A stretch of 64,000 bases of DNA, taken from contig JBGARE010000001.1 in assembly GCA_044230415.1 (NCBI GenBank), positions 433,195 to 497,194 on the forward strand, given 5' to 3'. This DNA comes from Kofleriaceae bacterium. Lineage in GTDB: Bacteria > Myxococcota_A > Polyangia > Haliangiales > Haliangiaceae. The notes below the pieces were generated by a model. That model was not told where the DNA came from and made no database searches. It saw only the letters and a list, made by a program, of their open reading frames with translations. This document shows, one piece after another, positions 57,701 through 64,000 of this stretch (position 1 is the first letter of the stretch; each line of letters starts with the position of its first letter). The position numbers were made by a program, and so were the translations under genes.

Positions 57701-58792
57701 ATCGACGGACAGCCGCGCGCCCGCCGCGAGCAAGCGTTTGACTACCTCGACGTGGCCGCGATTCGCCGCGGCGCCGAGCGCAGTCGTGTCGATGATGTTG
57801 CCGAGGTGAATGTCCGCACCGCGCTCGATCAACAGATCGACGACATCCGTCCAGCCATGCTCGGCGGCTTCGATCAGCGCCGTGTCGCGATTGCCTTCGT
57901 GACGCGCGTCGATATTGGCGCCGCGATCGAGCAGGAACGTCGCGATCTCGAGGAGGGCCGCGGGCCTGTCGTAGTTGTTCGCGACAAACGCCATCGCCGC
58001 GTCGAGATCTGCGCCGGCATCCGCGAGGAGCCGCACGATGTCGAGGTGGCCTTCGCGCGCTGCATGCGCGATCGCGGTGCGCCCTTCTCTGTCCGCGAGA
58101 TCCAGCGGGCTCGCCGACGCGGTCTTCGACTTCTTCGGCTTCGCTTTGGACGTCGACTTCGCGGCGGGCTTTGCCTTCGCGGGAACATCGAGCTGCTCGA
58201 CCAACCACGCGACGAGAGCGCGATGATTCCCCGCCGCGGCCAGCATCAGCGCGGACGTGCCTTGCTCGTCGACCACCGCCAGATCGTCGCCGGCCTTCAG
58301 CGCGCGCTTCGCCATCTCGAGATCGCCGGCCGCGACGGCACCGAGCAGCCAGCCGCGGACCGCTGCCTTCTTCTTCACGAGCCAGTCGACGATGTCGCCG
58401 CGCTTCGCCCGCGCCGCGTTGCCGAGGCCGCTCCAGCCGCTCTCGCGATCGTCGATCGATGCACCGTTCTCGACGAGCAGCTCGAGGAGCTCGATCGAGA
58501 CCGTCGCGCACGCGCTCGCGAACACTCCCTCGCGAGCGGCATCGCCCGGACGCTGCCCGAGGATCCACCGCGCGACCTTCTCGGCCTTGTCACCCAGCGC
58601 GCTGCCGAGGAGGTACTCGTCGACCGCTTCGCCGGCCGCGACGATCTCCTGAACGATCGCGAGGTCATCCCGCGCGATCGCTCGATACATCGCGCTCGAG
58701 CGGTCCGACTCGGTGACCGTGGCGATCAGCTTCCGGACCGTGGCGACATCGCCGCCATCGGCCGCGGCTACCCATTCCTCCTGGCTCATCAT
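54782..58792 (-). CDS. Giant ankyrin-repeat protein (about 1335 aa, at least 30 ankyrin repeats)
   Basis: The ankyrin consensus recurs continuously, with G-TPLH-AA--GH--iV-LLL--GAdvn units such as GRTAIAHAAREGHLDIVRLLADAGADLDAA and GWTALMEAADMGHLAIVELLLDRGAAP. The start was chosen at MMSQEEWVAAADGG at 58792. The track ORF runs to 59122 through non-repeat, Arg-rich sequence. Confidence 0.85.
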   Translation of the reverse strand: MMSQEEWVAAADGGDVATVRKLIATVTESDRSSAMYRAIARDDLAIVQEIVAAGEAVDEYLLGSALGDKAEKVARWILGQRPGDAAREGVFASACATVSIELLELLVENGASIDDRESGWSGLGNAARAKRGDIVDWLVKKKAAVRGWLLGAVAAGDLEMAKRALKAGDDLAVVDEQGTSALMLAAAGNHRALVAWLVEQLDVPAKAKPAAKSTSKAKPKKSKTASASPLDLADREGRTAIAHAAREGHLDIVRLLADAGADLDAAMAFVANNYDRPAALLEIATFLLDRGANIDARHEGNRDTALIEAAEHGWTDVVDLLIERGADIHLGNIIDTTALGAAANRGHVEVVKRLLAAGARLSVDSRSYSDSPLERAIERESVELVRLFLDRGAMNAKSRKPPLITAAEKGNREIVELLLDRGADVNWVDDSYDQDTALRKAARGGHREVVELLLDRGATEPGPREGYEVDDYTAIRRAGAGGHIEVVELLADRGFGDPTTSGIVMGVAQNSNNAERMTRALEIAPDANAPGEYGWMPLHRASDRGHLDNVRVLLDHGADPNLADKDGNVPHRIATNNKHRDVAALLEARGATLQLVELIALAGRGTDAEVLAMLERPVNVNVANDDRRRALHEAAEYGRLAIVHALLDKGADIDAADNDGWTALMEAADMGHLAIVELLLDRGAAPFLADRTGFTAFALAEEARRGDVVALMRKRSADVDPAVALQRAIEDEDTETIARLAPVHGFTKPLPSYKEPLEFAASAGKPASIAALVAAGAEVDRVLNEYGYTPLYRAAESGTLAAVQALIAAGAKPRANGTLQRAVWREDIEIVTALLDAGFDPNELHGESLIVESALSSRNAALVRLLLDRGTKVTGKPGASLVARAVDYAEDLPGLVEELLAKGAPVDGTSYSIRERIETWVGEGRTITLLDPQAALASAATGSDDQFATLDLALAQGANPSLAESADAEPPILRAAGYSYWTIVDRLLAAGADPNARSYRTVAQIAAREQQFALLDKLVAAGAKLDGCIAAMIERDALPKKAAERKRIAALCLANGDNLDARSDDGKTALCRALETPDKDVAKLLVELGASVNAASEDGKTPLMVAALVEDSDDALSLVTWLVDNGADIHATTEKKATAIHFAARRGHEDIVDFFLARKAAVAGCLAESASSGKMALVEKFLDVCELEEKDSTGSTPVQNAAAAKSKKVFELFLDRGASVAECAINAAWTGNKAHIVLALKRGAHVDAKDSAGRTALMCAVDNPACVELLIEEGANLDLQDEDGSTALIHAARFREKKAIELLLAAGANRGLRDNEGKTAADHTRYDHDLLELLEV

Positions 58793-58828
58793 CTCCCTTT
58801 CGGACGTAGCTCCCCGTACGATAGCCGC

Positions 58829-59143
58829 ATGAGCGAGGCGGCAAAGAAGTACAGGTCGGCCGTGGTGGAGCGAGTTCAGAGCGGTGATGGCCATGCACGC
58901 GCGGCGGATCGACGCGCCGCGTTCGCGAACGTCGACGTCCCCGCGGGAGCACGCGCGCTGATCGACAAGGTGGCGAAGACCGCGTGGAAGGTGACCGACG
59001 AGGACGTCGCCGCCGCGAAGGCCGCGGGAGTCACCGAGGACCAGGTGTTCGAGCTCGCGGTGTGCGCCGCGATCGGACAGGCTTCGCGCCAGTTCGATTC
59101 GGCCATGGCCGCACTCGACCAAGCTGCAAAGGAGACCCCGTGA
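58829..59143 (+). CDS. Small CMD (carboxymuconolactone decarboxylase/AhpD-like) helical-domain protein, 104 aa
   Basis: MSEAAKKYRS...ALIDKVAKTAWKVTDEDVAAAKAAGVTEDQVFELAVCAAIGQASRQFDSAMAAL resembles the C-terminal helical half of CMD-family proteins. Its stop overlaps the next gene's GTG start as GTGA. The upstream part of track ORF 57344..59143 is antisense to the ankyrin gene and was discarded. Confidence 0.5.
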   Translation: MSEAAKKYRSAVVERVQSGDGHARAADRRAAFANVDVPAGARALIDKVAKTAWKVTDEDVAAAKAAGVTEDQVFELAVCAAIGQASRQFDSAMAALDQAAKETP

Positions 59144-59727
59144 GGCTCTCGGTCCTCGATGGCAAGCACCACACGCTCGGCAAGCGCGCGCTGTTCGTGG
59201 TGATCCGCGCGATGTCGCGCATGCCGGTGCCCGACGTCGTCAAGACGCTGACGTATCGCCCCGACTTCTTCGGCGCGCCGATGAACGAGGTGTTCCAGGA
59301 AGTGATGCGGGGTCCGTCGGAGTGGTCGATCGGCGAGCGCGAGCTGATGGCCGCCTACGTCTCGAAGACGAACGAGTGCGAGTTTTGAACTCGCGCTCAC
59401 GGCGCGGTCGCGTCGAAGGTGCTCGGTAACACGGCGGTAGATGCAGCGCTCGCGGATCTCGCGGACGCGAAGATCAGCGACAAGCTACGCGCGACCCTCG
59501 CGATGCTGCGAAAGGTCACGCGCGATCACGCGTCGATCACCGCGGACGACATGCGCTCTCTGCTGGCGAGCGGTGTCACGCGCGCGCAGATCGAGGACGC
59601 GCTGCTCGTCGGCTGGTGCTTCAACGTGATCACGCGGCTCGCAGACACGTTCGAGTTCCACGTCGGCCCGCAGGCGGCGTTCGACTCGTCGGCGAACATG
59701 CTGCTCAAGCGCGGCTACAAGATCTAA
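59140..59727 (+). CDS. CMD/AhpD-family 'peroxidase-related enzyme' (TIGR01926-like) with an in-frame TGA at 59386..59388, precisely at the second Cys of the catalytic CxxC-xxx-H motif; candidate selenoprotein (CxxU), otherwise a pseudogene
   Basis: Track ORFs 58984..59388 and 59419..59727 are in the same frame and separated only by the TGA. Read through, the protein is ...ERELMAAYVSKTNECEF[TGA]TRAHGAVASKVLGNTAVDAALADLADAKISDKLRATLAML...VTRAQIEDALLVGWCFNVITRLADTFEFHVGPQAAF. This aligns with the family consensus ...LTASVEN-C-x-Y-C-xxx-H..., placing Cys at +0, TGA at +3 and His at +7. Both halves have CMD-like helices. A 5-bp GC hairpin, CGCGC-UCACG-GCGCG, begins 3 nt after the TGA. Confidence 0.5.
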
Positions 59728-59913
59728 GCGTCCAACGCGAACACGTCGACGTTTGCTTCGACCGGAACACAGTCATCGAGTTCATCCTCGACCGCGACAT
59801 CAACGCGGATCGTCGACGAGATCAGGCCAACCTCGAGGTTTCGAGTTGAGGTTGCGGCTGATGAGGAAGCCGACGTTCAGGTCCAACGCGATGTCTGCGT
59901 GTTCCGAACAGAC

Positions 59914-60681
59914 TCACGGCGCCACGTCGATGCCCTGCGCCCGGGCTTCGGCCTTGATGCGATCGCTCATCGCGTTCGTCTTGGCCTGCAGCTGAGGCGT
60001 CGGGTTGTTCTTCGCGACGGCCGCGCACGCGACGAGACCCTCGCTGAACTTGCCCTCCTGATAGAGGGACGTGCACAGGTTGAAGAAGTACTTGGCCTCC
60101 GGCACGCGCGCCACGGCCTCGCGGAACTTCGCGCTCGCCTCGGCATACTTCTTCGCGTACATGAGCTGCGCGCCTTCGTCGCTGAGCTTCGTCGCGATCG
60201 CTGCTTGACCACCACTCGCGGGTACGGGCGTCGAGTCCGGCGGCGTGTCGACAACGCCCTCGGGGCCCGGATCGCCACCGAACGTCATCGTCACGCCCTG
60301 CGCCTTCGCCTCCGCCTCGATGCGCGAGATCAACGCGTGCGCCTTCTCGGCGAGCGCGGGCGGGGGATCGCCCTTGTCGACCGCTTCACACGCGGTCTTC
60401 GCGTCGTAGAACTTTCCCTCCTGGAACAGCGACGTGCACAGATTGAAGAAGTACCGGGGCTCCGGCACGCGCGCGACCGCGTTGCGAAACTGCTCGCTCG
60501 CGAGCTCGTACTTGCCGGCGTACATCGCCTTCACGCCTTCCTCGTTGAAGCCCGCGGCCAACATCCCCTGCTTCCCGCTGGCCTCGGTCACGACCGGTGA
60601 CCGTTCGACATCGGGCTTCGCCGGCTCCGCCTTCCCGCCACATCCCGCGATCAACGCAACCACCACGACGAGCTTCATCAC
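59914..60681 (-). CDS. Lipoprotein built from two tandem roughly 100-aa TPR-like repeat modules
   Basis: MMKLVVVVALIAGCGG has the lipobox IAGC. The two modules share G.(K/Q)(M/L)MYA(G/K)KY(E/A)(L/E)AS.(Q/K)FR(N/E)AVARVPE.(R/K)YFFNLCTSL(F/Y)QEGKF...AC.AV.K..P.P.L..K..A...RI.AEA.AQG. The duplication is also visible at the DNA level. Confidence 0.7.
   Translation of the reverse strand: MMKLVVVVALIAGCGGKAEPAKPDVERSPVVTEASGKQGMLAAGFNEEGVKAMYAGKYELASEQFRNAVARVPEPRYFFNLCTSLFQEGKFYDAKTACEAVDKGDPPPALAEKAHALISRIEAEAKAQGVTMTFGGDPGPEGVVDTPPDSTPVPASGGQAAIATKLSDEGAQLMYAKKYAEASAKFREAVARVPEAKYFFNLCTSLYQEGKFSEGLVACAAVAKNNPTPQLQAKTNAMSDRIKAEARAQGIDVAP
60000..60600 (-). repeat. Intragenic tandem duplication of about 357 bp (two copies, roughly 80% identical)
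   Basis: The segment gttgaagaagtacttggcctccggcacgcgcgccacggcctcgcggaacttcgcgctcgc at about 60079 matches gttgaagaagtaccggggctccggcacgcgcgcgaccgcgttgcgaaactgctcgctcgc at about 60436. Both copies sit in the same frame of the lipoprotein gene. Confidence 0.6.
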
Positions 60682-60709
60682 CCGTTAGCCTAGCGTAGGC
60701 TCGTCGTGC

Positions 60710-61639
60710 GTGCCTGCACGACCGCCCATCAGGAGCCTACCGTTCGATCCGGCGAGCAAGCCGACGCTCGGCTTCGAGATGTTCAAGCTGTCGTCGCTCT
60801 ACGAGCGCGCGCATCGCAAGGTCCTCTCGCACGCGCTCGAGGTCCCGCAACGCCCCGAGTTCCACACGATCTACGTGGGCCTCCAAGGTCGCGGCGAGCT
60901 GCTCGTCGACTTCACCCCGACCCCGATCGGCGCCGACCACATCACGGTGGTCGCACGCAGCCGCGTCCAGCAATTCCACCGCGCGCCCAAGTCCGGCCTG
61001 GACGCCTGGATGCTCCTGTTCACCCCCGAGTTCATCGAGCTCCCGTCCGCGACCGACCCGCTCGCGATGCCCTCGATCCTGTGGCCGCTCGATCACGTGC
61101 CCTCGCTCACGCTCAACGCGGACGACCAGGCCGCCGTCCTCGCGATCACCGATCAACTCCACCTCGAGCGCAGCCGTCCACTCGACCGCTTCCAGCCCCT
61201 CGTGCTGTCGTCGCTCCTCCGGAGCATCCTGCTGCGCCTCGAACGCGCGGTCGCGTGGCACTCGCCGATGACGGTGCTCCGGCGGTTTTTTACCATCCTC
61301 GAGCGCGACTTCGCCCGGACGCGCGAGGTCGAGCACTACGCGCGCGAGTCCGGCATCTCGCCACGGCGTCTGAGCGAGCTTCTCCGCGAGGAGCTCGGCC
61401 GATCCACGAAGCAGGTGATCGACGAGCGCGTCATTCTCGAGCACAAGCGGCTACTTGCCCACACCGGGGTTAGTGTGAAGGAGCTCGCGGGTCTCACCGG
61501 CTTCGACGAGCCGACCAACCTGGTGAAGTTCTTTCGGCTGCATACCGGACAAACGCCCCTCGAGTTTCGGTCTGGCCACCTCACCGGGGTTACGGAAAAG
61601 CGGCCGAAGCGCCGCACCGGGGTTAGGGGAAAGCGCTAG
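60710..61639 (+). CDS. AraC-family transcriptional regulator (cupin-type N-terminal sensor plus C-terminal double HTH)
   Basis: The C-terminal region ILERDFARTREVEHYARESGISPRRLSELLREELGRSTKQVIDERVILEHKRLLAHTGVSVKELAGLTGFDEPTNLVKFFRLHTGQTPLEFR is the AraC HTH signature. A short basic tail, GHLTGVTEKRPKRRTGVRGKR, is encoded by the direct-repeat DNA. Confidence 0.85.
   Translation: MPARPPIRSLPFDPASKPTLGFEMFKLSSLYERAHRKVLSHALEVPQRPEFHTIYVGLQGRGELLVDFTPTPIGADHITVVARSRVQQFHRAPKSGLDAWMLLFTPEFIELPSATDPLAMPSILWPLDHVPSLTLNADDQAAVLAITDQLHLERSRPLDRFQPLVLSSLLRSILLRLERAVAWHSPMTVLRRFFTILERDFARTREVEHYARESGISPRRLSELLREELGRSTKQVIDERVILEHKRLLAHTGVSVKELAGLTGFDEPTNLVKFFRLHTGQTPLEFRSGHLTGVTEKRPKRRTGVRGKR
61581..61632 (+). 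promoter_or_regulatory. Two 19-nt imperfect direct repeats (CACCGGGGTTA-c/g-GG-a/g-AAAG) 33 bp apart, about 125–155 bp upstream of the MBL hydrolase start; candidate AraC-type operator half-sites
   Basis: The first copy is caccggggttacggaaaag at 61581..61599 and the second is caccggggttaggggaaag at 61614..61632. A third CACCGGGGTTA core lies at 61461..61471. AraC-family activators typically bind direct repeats spaced by whole helical turns upstream of their target promoters. Confidence 0.4.
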
Positions 61640-61736
61640 CGCCCACTGGGTGCCGAACGTCGCTCCGCCGATTTTTACCATTCGGCCGCGGGTCCTGACC
61701 TCGCGCCCCGGACACGCGCTGGCTAGCTTCGTCGCC

Positions 61737-62615
61737 ATGACCAAGCTCGCATCGATCGCGCTCCTCTCGTGTCTCGTGTCCGGCGTTGCCGTGGCCGAGA
61801 CGAAGCTGACCACGACCGTCTACACGGCGACCCCGAACGGGTTCTTGGTGACGTCCACCCTGATCGCGGGAGAGAAGGAAGCCATCCTGATCGACGCGCA
61901 GTTCACGCTGGCGGATGCGCACCGCGTGGTCGGGCAGATCCTGGACAGCAAGAAGACGCTGACCTCGGTCTACGTGACCCACGGTCATCCGGACCACTAC
62001 TTCGGTCTCGAGGTGATCAAGCAGGCGTTCCCGAAGGTGAAGATCGTGGCGCTCGACAAGCCGCTGGCCGAGATCAAGAAGACGGCCGCCGCGAAGGTGA
62101 AGCAGTGGGGCCCCGTGTACGGCGCGCAGATCACGGCGAAGCCGCTGACGCCCGCCGCGCAGAAGGCGGCGACGCTGACGCTCGAGGGACAGACGATCGA
62201 GCTGCGTGGGCCCACGCAAGGCGACAGTGGGGACAGCACGTACGTGTGGATCCCGTCGACGAAGACCGTGATCGCGGGCGACATCGTGTTCGCGGGCGTT
62301 CACGTGTGGACCGCAGAGACGAACGCGGAGCAGCGCAAGGCGTGGATCAAGACGCTCGACGAGATCGCCGCGCTCGCACCGACGACGGTGGTGCCGGGCC
62401 ATCAGGATCCGAAAGCGAAGAACGATCTGTCGGCCGTGAAGGCGACCAAGGACTACTTGATCGCGTTCGATGCGGCGGTGGCGTCGTCGAAGTCGGCGGA
62501 CGAGGCCGAGCAGAAGATGAAGGCGAAGTACAAGGACCTCCAGCTCGACGTGATCCTCCACTTCGGTGCCGGCGCGCAGTTCGCGCCGCCATCGCCGCCG
62601 CCCGCGAAGAAGTGA
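61737..62615 (+). CDS. Secreted MBL-fold metallo-hydrolase (beta-lactamase-like)
   Basis: The refined start MTKLASIALLSCLVSGVAVA is a signal peptide. VYVTHGHPDHYFG is the HxHxDH zinc-binding motif, and conserved His/Asp residues follow (VVPGHQDP). Confidence 0.85.
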   Translation: MTKLASIALLSCLVSGVAVAETKLTTTVYTATPNGFLVTSTLIAGEKEAILIDAQFTLADAHRVVGQILDSKKTLTSVYVTHGHPDHYFGLEVIKQAFPKVKIVALDKPLAEIKKTAAAKVKQWGPVYGAQITAKPLTPAAQKAATLTLEGQTIELRGPTQGDSGDSTYVWIPSTKTVIAGDIVFAGVHVWTAETNAEQRKAWIKTLDEIAALAPTTVVPGHQDPKAKNDLSAVKATKDYLIAFDAAVASSKSADEAEQKMKAKYKDLQLDVILHFGAGAQFAPPSPPPAKK

Positions 62616-63770
62616 TCACTGCGTGACCGGCGGCGAGACCGCCGTGCCGAACGCGCCGGCCTGCGACACGGGATAGATCACGATCACGCCGGCGCCGCCG
62701 CCACCGCCGCCACCGGAGGACGACACACCTTCCCCGGGAAGACCGTCGAGGCTGACCAGCGAACCTTCGCCACCGTTCGCACCGGTCCCGAGGCCTCCCT
62801 CTCCGGGGAACTGAGCGCTCGGAGATTCAGTGCCGGCGCTCCCGGGCGAGCTGTCCTGCGAACCGCCCGCGCCGCCGCCGCCGTTCGCGAACGCTTGGCC
62901 GCCCGTCGTCACGGTGAGCGAGGGCGCGTCGAAGCCGATCATTCCCCCGGATCCTCCTCCTCCTCCTCCCGTCGCGATCGCTGTCGAGCCTCCCGCGCCG
63001 GATGCGTTGATCGTCGCAGTTCCGACGGAGATTCCGGTCTCGGCGATGAAGTAGATCGCGCCGCCGCCGCGTCCACCGAGCGCTGACGGGTTGCCGTCGG
63101 TGCCCGGGCATCCGCCGCGCAGCACTTGGGGATCCACCGACGCCTGCGGGTTCACACCACTGCGACCACCTTTGCCGCCGATGCCGCCAAACGATCCGCC
63201 GTTACCGCCCGCGCCCGTCAACGGATTGCTCGTGCCCGCGCACCGCGCGTCGTTGCTGCCCGCCGCGGCCACGCCCGATCCTTCGATGCGTCGGCTCGCG
63301 ACGTCGATCACTCCGCCGAGCGTTATCCGATCCGTCGCGATCACGACGAGCGGCCGCGGTCCGATCGCGCGGACGTTCGCCAACTGGACGGTCGTCGCTG
63401 CGATCACGCACAGGTCGGGACCGTTGGTTTGCGGCACGACCGCGCACGTGGCCGACGCTGTATCGATCGACATCGACGTGATCTGGAGAGCGCCCGAAGG
63501 CTCCGCATCCAAACACACGCGAAGCAGGCCATGCCCGTAGCAGTACGCGGTGCTGTCGTCGGGGCGCATGTCGATCACGGCGCCATCGACCTCGCTACCG
63601 CCACACGTTCCGTCGGGCTCGCGACACCTGCCGTCCTCGGCGCACCGCAGCGAACCGGGACACGCGTCGGCCTGCCCGGCGGCAGCCGGATCGCATCGGG
63701 TCAGACACGCTGGATCCGCACCCGGGCGATAGCAGCCCGCGAGCAAGCCAACGATCGCGAACCAACGCAC
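62616..63770 (-). CDS. Gly-rich secreted lipoprotein with a Cys-rich N-terminal region
   Basis: MRWFAIVGLLAGCY has the lipobox LAGC. A Cys-rich stretch follows (CLTRCDPAAAGQADACPGSLRCAEDGRCREPDGTCGG). The C-terminal 200 aa are largely GGxGG low-complexity repeats. Confidence 0.6.
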   Translation of the reverse strand: MRWFAIVGLLAGCYRPGADPACLTRCDPAAAGQADACPGSLRCAEDGRCREPDGTCGGSEVDGAVIDMRPDDSTAYCYGHGLLRVCLDAEPSGALQITSMSIDTASATCAVVPQTNGPDLCVIAATTVQLANVRAIGPRPLVVIATDRITLGGVIDVASRRIEGSGVAAAGSNDARCAGTSNPLTGAGGNGGSFGGIGGKGGRSGVNPQASVDPQVLRGGCPGTDGNPSALGGRGGGAIYFIAETGISVGTATINASGAGGSTAIATGGGGGGSGGMIGFDAPSLTVTTGGQAFANGGGGAGGSQDSSPGSAGTESPSAQFPGEGGLGTGANGGEGSLVSLDGLPGEGVSSSGGGGGGGAGVIVIYPVSQAGAFGTAVSPPVTQ

Positions 63771-63869
63771 GACGGGATCGTACCTCAGAGCCGACGCGCA
63801 TCCGCGCCGAGAAACATCTGTGCGCGCGGAGGAAAAATCCGCGCCGGTCTGCGTGCTACGAACGACGCG

Positions 63870-64000
63870 ATGGCATCGCTCGACGAGCTCTCGCGTCCGA
63901 CTCCGATCACACCGGGCGCGTTCACGCTCGATGTCCCCGCGGGATGGCGACAGGGACGCGGCGCGTTCGGCGGCCTGTGCGTCGCATCGCTGGTCCGCGC
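63870..64000 (+). CDS. Partial CDS (N-terminus only), possibly a thioesterase-like protein
   Basis: The ATG at 63870 gives MASLDELSRPTPITPGAFTLDVPAGWRQGRGAFGGLCVASLVR..., and the pattern W-x-Q/G-GR-x-F-GG resembles acyl-CoA thioesterase-like folds. The ORF runs off the window. Confidence 0.35.
   Translation, partial: MASLDELSRPTPITPGAFTLDVPAGWRQGRGAFGGLCVASLVR

Noticed and set aside
57344-58828. N-terminal 495 aa of the + strand ORF 57344..59143
   Set aside because: This part is antisense to the ankyrin-repeat gene. Only the C-terminal 104 aa after the internal ATG at 58829 lie in intergenic space and look like a real CMD-like protein.
1-64000. CRISPR arrays, rRNA/tRNA genes, and transposase or integrase genes
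   Set aside because: I found no regularly spaced short repeats with unique spacers, no rRNA-like conserved blocks and no recognisable transposase or integrase motifs in any frame. tRNA genes cannot be excluded by eye, but the intergenic regions are short and none showed a cloverleaf-like inverted-repeat pattern.

Overview
This is a very GC-rich (roughly 70%) bacterial chromosomal segment with myxobacterial-type (Myxococcota-like) gene content: giant TPR, ankyrin and HEAT repeat proteins, a Ser/Thr kinase–AAA–TPR protein, and many lipoproteins with L-x-G-C lipoboxes. I support about 42 protein-coding genes on both strands. Several are joined by 4-nt GTGA/ATGA start/stop overlaps. I recognised no rRNA, tRNA, CRISPR array, transposase or integrase. 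Recognisable anchors are PEP carboxylase, a molybdopterin oxidoreductase coupled to a truncated haemoglobin, a KamA-family radical-SAM aminomutase, an ABC exporter, an MMPL transporter plus radical-SAM enzyme, an orphan GspD-like secretin, a class III adenylate cyclase, an AraC regulator plus MBL-fold hydrolase, and a response regulator. The most interesting items are listed here. (1) A CMD/AhpD-family 'peroxidase-related' gene has an in-frame TGA exactly at the second Cys of its catalytic CxxC-xxx-H motif, making it a candidate selenoprotein or else a pseudogene. (2) A 1343-aa protein has an N-terminal DUF4157-like HExxH domain and a small downstream partner ORF, which resembles a polymorphic toxin/immunity pair. 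(3) Two paralogous secreted DUF4139-like proteins are translationally coupled to an ABC exporter. (4) There is a membrane-spanning STAND-like P-loop NTPase with a HEAT-repeat array. (5) Immunity-type domain proteins cluster together: a SUKH-1/ankyrin fusion, a DUF1963/YwqG-like protein and a 1.3k-aa ankyrin protein. (6) Two direct-repeat elements look regulatory. Many six-frame ORFs in the track are antisense or alternate-frame artefacts of the high GC content. Coordinates follow the ORF-track convention, so the stop codon is included. Starts that I refined are marked in the evidence.
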